Below are positions 8,413 to 16,817 of a stretch of 60,999 nucleotides of DNA, one piece after another. Positions within the stretch are counted from its first letter, which is position 1. Each line of letters starts with the position of its first letter. Source of the DNA: Gammaproteobacteria bacterium (GTDB taxonomy: Bacteria > Pseudomonadota > Gammaproteobacteria > GCA-001735895); NCBI GenBank assembly GCA_050295575.1, contig JBNKPX010000006.1, positions 1 through 60,999 on the forward strand, in the 5' to 3' direction. The notes under the pieces were generated by a model. The model did not search any database. It had not been told where the DNA came from and saw only the letters and a program-made list of their open reading frames with translations. Both the position numbers and the translations under genes were made by a program.

Positions 8413-11400
8413 ATGAGTAAATCATTAATGTATGAAAGGTTGGTTAGACCCATAGTGGCAACGGCAATGTTTGTCGGGATAAGTGTATCCCAGCAGGCGA
8501 GTGCAGCTACTCTGACCATAAACACAGAAAATAAGGCAGGTCTATCAGCCAATGTCGGTTTCCGCTACCTGGTTGAAGAAGACACCATGTATAAGCCAAC
8601 ACCGGGTACACAGGATAATCAAAGCCTGTCATTTCAATTTCATCGTAGTCATACCCCTGTTGTGGTGGGGGCAGATGGACAGGGTATCCATGGAGAAACC
8701 GCTGCGGGCGAAACTTCAGCGGTCGTTGAGGTTCCTGATAACGGAAATTATTTTGTTTCAGTGCTTCCTTATAAAGGCCATGCCTTGGGTGGTGTGGCGG
8801 TTCAGGTAGGTACGGATCCTGTTACGGCGACGGTTCGTGTAAACGACTACCCAATCCCTACTGCGCAGATCAGTATTCAGGTCTTTGAGGACAATAGCCC
8901 AATTAATGGTGCAATAGACCCAGGTGAACGTGGATTAAATGGTTCCATAGTTGGTGTCGATGGTGAGAAAAAGTTTATACCTTTCCATGTGACTCTGGAA
9001 GATCCAGCGGGCCAGTATGGTGCTGGTGGTGGTCGCGTAGCTTCCGATGCCTACGGCAATCCGTTGGGTACTGATTACTCCGGTATGGATGCAAACGGTA
9101 AGCCTATTGTGAGTTCATATCCTGCTGGTTACGATACCAATGGTATGATTGTTAACCCGGGTGCGCTGACTCCTGGCTCGGTCAAGCTGGTACCTAACGA
9201 TCAGGGTTATCTGGTTATCAAGAACCTGCGTCCTGGTAAGTATGGTGTCATCGTTACTCCTCCAGCTGGTGCCGGATGGAGACAGACTACCTCTATTGAA
9301 GGTACGTTTGTTAACGATGCCTGGGTTAAAGCAGGAAACCCTGAGGTGTTCGTTGAATTTGGTCCTCCAGGCCCTCATGTGGCCGTCGGTTTTGTGCGTG
9401 ATTTTGACTGTATCAATAATTCAAAAATTGATCACACGTCAATTGACCCAGACCTCAATCCCTGTGTAGGTTATATACCTCCTGCAGCAGGAACTGGTGC
9501 GACTATTACCGGTAAGGCTGTGGACAACCATATGTCCCGCTCGCCTGATTTTCAGTTCCATCCTGGTACTGATTTTCCTTCATGTGTCGTGGGTATCAAT
9601 GAATTCACTTCTGGCCAGACCATCTATAACGGCCCCTGTACTAACTCAGCATTTACTATCGAGAACGTACCCCCGGGTCAATACAACCTTTCCATCTTTG
9701 ATGATCCGCTTGATGCAGTAATTGCAAGTCATCCATTTACCGTTGGTGGGAATGCGACTGATGGTTTCACGGTATCTGCGCTTACGATTCCTACTACTGG
9801 ATCAGACGTGAATGGCAATACCACTACAGTAGTTCCAACCTGTACAAATGCTGTCTGTGATCTTGGCGAACTGCCACTGTTCAACTGGTTTTTCAAGCTG
9901 GACACCTCAGAGTTCTTTGATCGCAACGAAAATGGTTTTCGTGATTGTGTGACTACAGCCTGTGATGATCCTGCAGTTGACGATGTACGCATGAATGCTA
10001 GCTCCTTCACCAATAATATCCGCTGGCGCGATGGTCGTATCTATCAGTCAGCAGCGGTAGACGGTGAAGGTTCTGCGCCGTTTAATCAGGTGTTCCCTTT
10101 CTTCCACTGGTTGGTTGCAGAAAGTGATTTCGCCAAGTTCAAGGCGACTGGTGCGACCATTACGGTAGACAATGGTGGTGGTAACAACACGGGTGGTGGT
10201 GCTTTAGGCGATATACTTAATCCTGCAAATGATCTACAGACTAATGGCTATATCGCCCAGTTGCAGGAAACCGATGCGAATGGTATTGCTCTGCAGCCCT
10301 GTAATGATGCCGATCAAACCCAGACTGAATGTACTCATGATGGTGGTTGGTCACTTACCGAAAAGGGTCAGGTTCTGACTCTGGGAGTGCAGGGCTTTCT
10401 GGGGCAGAAATCAGTACTGGAATTTGGTAGAACCAACTACGGTGTAAATGAAAACGGTGGTATTTCAGGTGTGGCTGTGTATGCAATCACCCGTGCTGAA
10501 CACGATCCACGTTATGCGGTAACTGAAATCTGGGAGCCGGGTATTCCTCGCGTACAGTTCGCGCTGTATCAGGATGCTGATTCAGATGGCGTTTCTGATG
10601 ACATTGATGGTGTTGCTGGTTTTATGGAATCAGACGTTGATAACTACCCACTAGGTTGGGCAACCGGTGGCGCCATGGGTCCTGAAGATATCGACCGTGA
10701 TGGTAATACAACTTTCGACTATCACGATGCGATCGACGTAACCTGGTCAGACAGCTGGGATGACAATGAGCCTACCAACTGTCAGGGTTATAACCAGATG
10801 CCTGGTATCGATGATCACCTATGCTTTGATGGTATGCGTAACTGGAACCAGGTCCGGCCAGCAGTATTTGACGGTGGTTATGCGTTCCCTAATTCACCTA
10901 ATGCTGCCAATGTAACTGTGGGTGCTGATGGTAAAGAGTATCTGACCAAGGGTTACTATGTGGTTCAGGCATTCACACCTCCAGGCTATGAGCTGGTAAA
11001 AGAGGAAAGCAAGAACGTCGATTTCGGCGATGAATATGCGATACCTCAATTGCTGCCAGTAGAGTGTGTGGGCGACCTGCATACGGTTCCTGCTCTGCTG
11101 TCTTATGTGACTGCCGCAGATGGTGTTACTCAGGTTGTTGATGGTGATCCCGCAGATTACGCAGCACCTTATGCCGGTGAACAGCGTCCTTTATGTGATA
11201 AGAAACACATCCTCCTGACCGACGGTCGTAATGCGGCTACTGACTTCCACTTCTTCACCGATGTACCTAAAGCGGCACACGTCGTGGGTGGTATCCTTAA
11301 CGATCTGGCGAACGAGTTCAATCCTAGCGCTCCAACCTTCGGCGAGAAATTCGCGCCACCCTGGTTGCCAGTGGCTTTCTATGACTGGTCTGGTAAAGAG

Positions 11401-13980
11401 ATCACTCGTGTTTATACCGATGAATTCGGTAAGTACAACGCGATGCTGCCTTCATCTAGTACAGCGAATGCTGCAAGTCCATCCGGGTATACCCCGAATA
11501 TGATTGTTTCCTGTATGAATGATGCGGGTTATGTAGATGATCCATTCAATCCTGGTAAAAAGATTGTGGATCCTAACCATAATCCACAGTACACCCAGTT
11601 CTGTTACACCTTCCAGTATATGCCTGGTGCAACAACCTATCTGGATACCCCGGTACTGCAGATGTCAGCCTTCGCGGGTTCCGGTTTGCAACTTGACTGT
11701 GAAGCTGCGGATACAACGCCTCTGATCGCTTCGGTGACTGCAGGTGCTCTGGTTGGTCCTTATATTCCAGATCAGGTGAATGGGGATCTGGCATCTCGTA
11801 CCCTGACCATTACTTCGGCAGGGTTAAGAAATGTACTGAATCCTTCATCTAATGAGCTGACTTCCAAGTTCGTAACACGTAACTACGGATTTGGTGCTGT
11901 CGAAGGTAATGTCACTCTGACGAATGAGGCGGGGCAGTCATATAATCTGGTAGGTCTTGACTGGACTGATAGTGTTATTGCTGCTCCAGTAGACGGAAAC
12001 GTGCCCAATGGTCGTTACCAGCTCACCGTAGAGAATGCTGCCGGTGTCGCTTCACCCATGGGTGTCTCTGTTATCGTTGGTCCACTACGTTATGCAGGCA
12101 GTAATGTAATTGAGGTTCATCCTAGCTCTGCTGCTGGTGCTACCCCGCTTCAGGATGCACTGGATAGCGCGACTCGTGGTGATCTGATCCTGGTAGAGGC
12201 GGGTGTTTATGATGAAATGCCTATCATGACGGTGCCGGTCTATCTGCAAGGTGCTGGGGCTTACTCCACTACGATCAATGCTCGCGCCTTACCGGCTGAG
12301 AAGGTTACCGCGTGGAAGAACAAGATTGCTACCCTGCTCGGAACACCAAATGGTTTGATTGGTGACAAGTTCGATCTGTTGCCTGGTCAGAATGCGGGTC
12401 CGATGATGTTTGATACCGAAGAAGGTCCTGGCCTGATGGTGTTAGGCAAGTCTTCTGGTGGTAACCGCTTCAATAATGGTGGAAATAGCTCTGGCTTTGA
12501 CGGTTTTACAGTCACCGGTGCCTCAACTGGTGGTGGTATTTTTGTCAACGGCTACATCAATGGCTTTGATATCAGCAATAACCTGGTTACCGGCAACGAA
12601 GGTACCTACGGTGGTGGTATCCGTATCGGTCATTACAACCTGCTGAATGGCACTGCTTACACCGATAGTAACAACGACAATATCCGTATTCACCATAACT
12701 TTGTGAATATGAACGGTACCCAGAACGGTGCTGGTGGCGGTATTGCGCTGTACAACGGCACCAATAACTACCGTGTGCTCGACAACATGATCTGCGGTAA
12801 CTTCGCAGCGACTGATGGTGCGGGTATAGGTCATCTGGGTCTGAGTTCAGGCGGTCGGATTAAAGATAACAAGGTCATCTTTAATCAGTCTTTCCGTCAA
12901 ATGCCAGGCTTTGAAACCGATGGTGGCGGTATCCTGGTTGCTGGTATGGATTCACAGGGAGCGCTTGGTCTGAGTGAAGGTTCTGGTCATGTGTTTATCG
13001 ATCGCAACCTGATTCAGGGCAACCAGGCAGGTGCTGGTGACGGTGCAGGTATCGCCTTACGTCGTACCAATGGACTGGATATTGCGGCTGACCCCGCCAA
13101 TAACCTGCCCCGTACGCCCTGGTGGCTGGTGCGTATCACCAATAACACTATTGTGAATAACGTAGCGGGTCTGGCTGGTGGCGGTATATCTCTGAAGGAT
13201 GCGCTGAGAGTTGAAATCGAAAACAACACCATTGCCAACAATGAGACGACTGGTACAGCAGGCGGTGCCTTTCAGCTCGGTGGTACACCTGGTCAATCGG
13301 CACCACATACTGCAGGTATTGCTTCGTACGGGCTTGAAACCCTGGCTGGTGTTTCTACCAGTACCATCAACCGCTTCAATAAGGCCTACTCAAACCCACT
13401 GTTGCAAAGCAATATCATCTGGCACAACAAGCAAAGCTACTTTGTGTTAAGTGCTGATGCCAATATTGCTGGTAGTTCGCTGGTGGATGCTGGATACAGT
13501 GATCTGGGCGTAGTTAATGTTCCGGGTACGCTGGATCAGATTCGCTGGAGTCTGGTAACCGATGCTACTACTGGAAACGGTGGTGTAGCTTACCCTGCTG
13601 GCTGGCACATTCAGGATGACACCGACATCGTAGCTGGTGATCTATTTGTGGCTCCATACCTGAACAGTAACCCGGGTCTCAATCCAAAGCAGGTCGAGTT
13701 CCAGACTATGATGGTAGCCCCGGCACTGGATGAGGGCGGTAACTGGATAGATGTACGCTACGCACCCTTGTCCATCAACGATGTGGATGGGCTGAATAAC
13801 GCTATTGACGTTCCATCCGACTACCACCTGACTGCTACTACAGTGGCGATAGACGCGGGCAATCCGAGACGTGGACGTCGCGGCGATGGTCTTGACATCG
13901 ACCTGCAGCCTGGTGTTGTTGACAGCGCGGCCTACATTGGTTCAGCAGTTGATCAAGGTTCAGACGAGGTGCAGCAATGA
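8413..13980 (+). CDS. Large secreted protein (1855 aa): Ig-like/SdrD-B-like repeats, IPT/TIG-like domain, right-handed beta-helix
   Basis: Sec signal ending QQASA, DxDxDG Ca-binding-like loops, many Cys pairs, repeated GGGI/N-x-I-x-x-N beta-helix coils in the C-terminal third, and a C-terminal DYHL...AIDAG...DQGSDE segment. RBS GAGGA. Confidence 0.75.
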   Translation: MSKSLMYERLVRPIVATAMFVGISVSQQASAATLTINTENKAGLSANVGFRYLVEEDTMYKPTPGTQDNQSLSFQFHRSHTPVVVGADGQGIHGETAAGETSAVVEVPDNGNYFVSVLPYKGHALGGVAVQVGTDPVTATVRVNDYPIPTAQISIQVFEDNSPINGAIDPGERGLNGSIVGVDGEKKFIPFHVTLEDPAGQYGAGGGRVASDAYGNPLGTDYSGMDANGKPIVSSYPAGYDTNGMIVNPGALTPGSVKLVPNDQGYLVIKNLRPGKYGVIVTPPAGAGWRQTTSIEGTFVNDAWVKAGNPEVFVEFGPPGPHVAVGFVRDFDCINNSKIDHTSIDPDLNPCVGYIPPAAGTGATITGKAVDNHMSRSPDFQFHPGTDFPSCVVGINEFTSGQTIYNGPCTNSAFTIENVPPGQYNLSIFDDPLDAVIASHPFTVGGNATDGFTVSALTIPTTGSDVNGNTTTVVPTCTNAVCDLGELPLFNWFFKLDTSEFFDRNENGFRDCVTTACDDPAVDDVRMNASSFTNNIRWRDGRIYQSAAVDGEGSAPFNQVFPFFHWLVAESDFAKFKATGATITVDNGGGNNTGGGALGDILNPANDLQTNGYIAQLQETDANGIALQPCNDADQTQTECTHDGGWSLTEKGQVLTLGVQGFLGQKSVLEFGRTNYGVNENGGISGVAVYAITRAEHDPRYAVTEIWEPGIPRVQFALYQDADSDGVSDDIDGVAGFMESDVDNYPLGWATGGAMGPEDIDRDGNTTFDYHDAIDVTWSDSWDDNEPTNCQGYNQMPGIDDHLCFDGMRNWNQVRPAVFDGGYAFPNSPNAANVTVGADGKEYLTKGYYVVQAFTPPGYELVKEESKNVDFGDEYAIPQLLPVECVGDLHTVPALLSYVTAADGVTQVVDGDPADYAAPYAGEQRPLCDKKHILLTDGRNAATDFHFFTDVPKAAHVVGGILNDLANEFNPSAPTFGEKFAPPWLPVAFYDWSGKEITRVYTDEFGKYNAMLPSSSTANAASPSGYTPNMIVSCMNDAGYVDDPFNPGKKIVDPNHNPQYTQFCYTFQYMPGATTYLDTPVLQMSAFAGSGLQLDCEAADTTPLIASVTAGALVGPYIPDQVNGDLASRTLTITSAGLRNVLNPSSNELTSKFVTRNYGFGAVEGNVTLTNEAGQSYNLVGLDWTDSVIAAPVDGNVPNGRYQLTVENAAGVASPMGVSVIVGPLRYAGSNVIEVHPSSAAGATPLQDALDSATRGDLILVEAGVYDEMPIMTVPVYLQGAGAYSTTINARALPAEKVTAWKNKIATLLGTPNGLIGDKFDLLPGQNAGPMMFDTEEGPGLMVLGKSSGGNRFNNGGNSSGFDGFTVTGASTGGGIFVNGYINGFDISNNLVTGNEGTYGGGIRIGHYNLLNGTAYTDSNNDNIRIHHNFVNMNGTQNGAGGGIALYNGTNNYRVLDNMICGNFAATDGAGIGHLGLSSGGRIKDNKVIFNQSFRQMPGFETDGGGILVAGMDSQGALGLSEGSGHVFIDRNLIQGNQAGAGDGAGIALRRTNGLDIAADPANNLPRTPWWLVRITNNTIVNNVAGLAGGGISLKDALRVEIENNTIANNETTGTAGGAFQLGGTPGQSAPHTAGIASYGLETLAGVSTSTINRFNKAYSNPLLQSNIIWHNKQSYFVLSADANIAGSSLVDAGYSDLGVVNVPGTLDQIRWSLVTDATTGNGGVAYPAGWHIQDDTDIVAGDLFVAPYLNSNPGLNPKQVEFQTMMVAPALDEGGNWIDVRYAPLSINDVDGLNNAIDVPSDYHLTATTVAIDAGNPRRGRRGDGLDIDLQPGVVDSAAYIGSAVDQGSDEVQQ

Positions 13981-14039
13981 AAAGTCAATTCATACACAGT
14001 TTGGATAAGGTAAACATTAAAACCGTGAGGTACGGAAAA

Positions 14040-15350
14040 ATGAAAACTTTCTTGAAATACGGGAGCTGTGCTTCGCTACTTGCGATGCTTATGTTACCGG
14101 TCTCACCCGTACAGGCCTCGGTCTTCGTGCAGTGCCCGGGTGATACAGATGGTGATGCCACCTGGAATAGTCCAGGTGAAACACAGCCAGATAACGTGGT
14201 CTGCATGCACCTGAGTAGTGGTGACGGTTATGCCAATATGGCTGATGGCTATCGACAGTATATCTTTGGCTTCGGTGATTTGACTGGTGTGCCCCCCGAA
14301 GATGCTGGCGATGCGGGCATTCTTAATGCCCAGATCTCGGCGCCGACTATCCAGTTGAGGCAGGGGGAGGAGTTTTACCTGACCCTGACCAACACCGGTA
14401 TGCTCGAGCGCCCTGATCTATTCGATGGGCATAGCGTGCATTTTCATGGTTTTCCAAATGCCTCCAGTGTGTTCGACGGGGTACCCGATGCCTCTATCGC
14501 GATCAATATGGGGGCTTCGATGACCTATTTCTACAACATAGTGGAGCCGGGAACATACCTCTACCACTGCCACGTAGAGGCGGCGGAGCACATGCAGATG
14601 GGTATGCAGGGTAACCTGTATGTTCATCCTGCACAGGATGGCACAGCCTATGATTATCCATCACGTGATGGAACCATCAGAAGCTATACCAAGTTCGCCT
14701 ATAACGATGCTGATCCAGTGAATGGTACGGGTGATCCCGGATCTACCGGCTACGATGTGGAATATCCACTACAGCTGATAGCTTTTGATCACAACTTTCA
14801 TGACAAGCATATCGCGGTGCAACCTTTGCCGTTCGCAGAGATGAAGGATGATTATCATATGTTTAATGGTCGTGGCTACCCGGCTTCGGTTCAGCCAGCT
14901 GACTATTATGTTACCAATCCAGGGGCTGCACAGACGACTATAGGCACTCGTATAGCCGATCTGGTTAATGGACAGGCTATTACTGATGGCTGGAAGCAAT
15001 CTGGAACTGAGTCAACTAACACACAGCCTTACTCGTCCAAAATAACGGTTGCAGCGGGTCAAAAGCTGTTGCTGCGTATCACAAACCTGAGTATCACCAA
15101 CTTCCATACAGTGACGGCTTTAGGATTGCCGATGAAGGTCATCGGTCAGGGTGGTCGTGAAATGGTGGATAAGTATGAAACTTCTTCGGTGAATCTGGGT
15201 GGTGGTGAAGCCTATGACGTCATCATTGATACCATGGGTATAACGCCTGGAACATACTTTGTATATACCAACGAGCTGCACCAGTTGAGTAACAGAGAAG
15301 AAAGTTTTGGTGGCGCGATGACAGAAATTGTCGTCACTCCAGCGATTTAA
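14040..15350 (+). CDS. Two-domain multicopper-oxidase-family chain A (type-1 Cu site plus 4 cluster His in domain 1)
   Basis: Sec signal (ATG 14040 preceded by GAGG; the ORF extends upstream to 13977). Motifs HSVHFHG and YHCHVEAAEHMQMGM. Domain 2 lacks Cu motifs. Confidence 0.9.
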   Translation: MKTFLKYGSCASLLAMLMLPVSPVQASVFVQCPGDTDGDATWNSPGETQPDNVVCMHLSSGDGYANMADGYRQYIFGFGDLTGVPPEDAGDAGILNAQISAPTIQLRQGEEFYLTLTNTGMLERPDLFDGHSVHFHGFPNASSVFDGVPDASIAINMGASMTYFYNIVEPGTYLYHCHVEAAEHMQMGMQGNLYVHPAQDGTAYDYPSRDGTIRSYTKFAYNDADPVNGTGDPGSTGYDVEYPLQLIAFDHNFHDKHIAVQPLPFAEMKDDYHMFNGRGYPASVQPADYYVTNPGAAQTTIGTRIADLVNGQAITDGWKQSGTESTNTQPYSSKITVAAGQKLLLRITNLSITNFHTVTALGLPMKVIGQGGREMVDKYETSSVNLGGGEAYDVIIDTMGITPGTYFVYTNELHQLSNREESFGGAMTEIVVTPAI

Positions 15351-15361
15351 TTTAGGAGAAT

Positions 15362-16807
15362 ATGATGAATATCTTTAAATCATACCGAAAAACGGGGGTC
15401 GCCCTGGCAGCGGTTTCCCTGATGACTCTGTCATTCGGTGTTCAGGCTGAGATTCAAGGCATACAAGGACCCGTGTTCGATCTGTATGCCAAGCAATTTC
15501 AGATTGCAACACCCGATGGTGACAGTATCCGCATGTGGGGTTTTGGTACAAAGGATGCGACAACAGGGGTGATAACACCTCAGTATCCGGCGCCAACATT
15601 GTTTGCTAATGAAGGCGACACCATTTCTATAACGGTGCATAACATCGATATCCCTCAGCAGGTAGCCCTGGCATTTCCTGGTCAGGGGGCACAGACCAAG
15701 ACCTGTAATATAGGTAATCCTTTTTCGGTTTCTGGCTGTTACGAGCTAACTGCTGAAAAGCTGAATGTTGTTCCTGCCAGCGATAATGGCGTACATTCCA
15801 TTACTTACAGCTTTACCGTCAGGCCGGGTACCTATATGTATCAGGCTGGGGTAAACCCTCAAATCCAGATGGATATGGGGTTGGTCGGTGCGCTGATAGT
15901 TCGTCCAACCATGCAGGTTGGCGATTTAACTACGCCTGACTATCATGCGGTTGGTCTGGCCTACGATAACGCAGCTACGGTTTATGACAATGAGTTTCTG
16001 TTCTTCCTGAGCGAGATGGATCCCAAGCTGCATTATCTGGCGGAACTGGATCAGGTGGAAAACTTCGATAATGCTGCTTACAGCAGTACATTGTTCTTCA
16101 TCAATGGTCGAAACTCTCCCGATACCCTGGCAGGTGATTTCATTCCGCAGCTACCCAATCAGCCTTACGGTTCGATTGTTGGCATGCATCCTGGGCAAAG
16201 GATATTACTACGCGTGTTGAATGCCGGTCGTAACCAGCATCCATTGCATCTGCATGGTAACCATTTCAAGCAGATTGCGCGTGATGGCTATCTGATCGGT
16301 CCACGTGATGCTATTACGGGTAACCTGATTAAGTTGAGCCCGGTTGTGAACTACACCCTTGGAGCAGTACAAAGCTCTACCAGTGACCTTATCTTTGAGT
16401 GGACAGGAAAGGGACTAGGCTGGGATATGTACGGTAAACCGCATGTCTCTGCTACTCATCCCAATACCTGTACCGATGTGCAAAACAACTATAGCCATGC
16501 ACCAGAGCCGGATGGTTATGACGACACTTATTTTGAATGGTGTGGTTTAGCCGGTGATCCGGTCCCCACTGACCATGGCCAGGAGCTTCCTGTAGTACTG
16601 CCTGAAAATCTGGATCTTGCCTTTGGTGGATTCTGGGGTGGAAGTCCTTACCTGGGAAGTACAGGTACATTACCAGTCGGTGAGGGTGGACTTAACCCAG
16701 CAGGCGGCATGGTGTTTATGTGGCACTCTCATTCTGAGCGTGAGTTGACCAATAACGATATCTATCCTGGCGGCATGCTGACCATGATGATCCTGAGCCC
16801 TTATTAG
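15362..16807 (+). CDS. Two-domain multicopper-oxidase-family chain B (4 cluster His in domain 2, no type-1 Cys)
   Basis: Sec signal. Domain 1 is degenerate (GTYMYQAG). Domain 2 has HPLHLHGNH and WHSHSE. Confidence 0.88.
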   Translation: MMNIFKSYRKTGVALAAVSLMTLSFGVQAEIQGIQGPVFDLYAKQFQIATPDGDSIRMWGFGTKDATTGVITPQYPAPTLFANEGDTISITVHNIDIPQQVALAFPGQGAQTKTCNIGNPFSVSGCYELTAEKLNVVPASDNGVHSITYSFTVRPGTYMYQAGVNPQIQMDMGLVGALIVRPTMQVGDLTTPDYHAVGLAYDNAATVYDNEFLFFLSEMDPKLHYLAELDQVENFDNAAYSSTLFFINGRNSPDTLAGDFIPQLPNQPYGSIVGMHPGQRILLRVLNAGRNQHPLHLHGNHFKQIARDGYLIGPRDAITGNLIKLSPVVNYTLGAVQSSTSDLIFEWTGKGLGWDMYGKPHVSATHPNTCTDVQNNYSHAPEPDGYDDTYFEWCGLAGDPVPTDHGQELPVVLPENLDLAFGGFWGGSPYLGSTGTLPVGEGGLNPAGGMVFMWHSHSERELTNNDIYPGGMLTMMILSPY

Positions 16808-16817
16808 GAGAAACAAA

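Noticed and set aside
14040-15350. Chain A as copper nitrite reductase NirK
   Set aside because: It has HxxHxH and HCH (trinuclear-cluster type) rather than NirK's HNIDFH and YHC, and domain 2 lacks a recognisable type-2 His motif.
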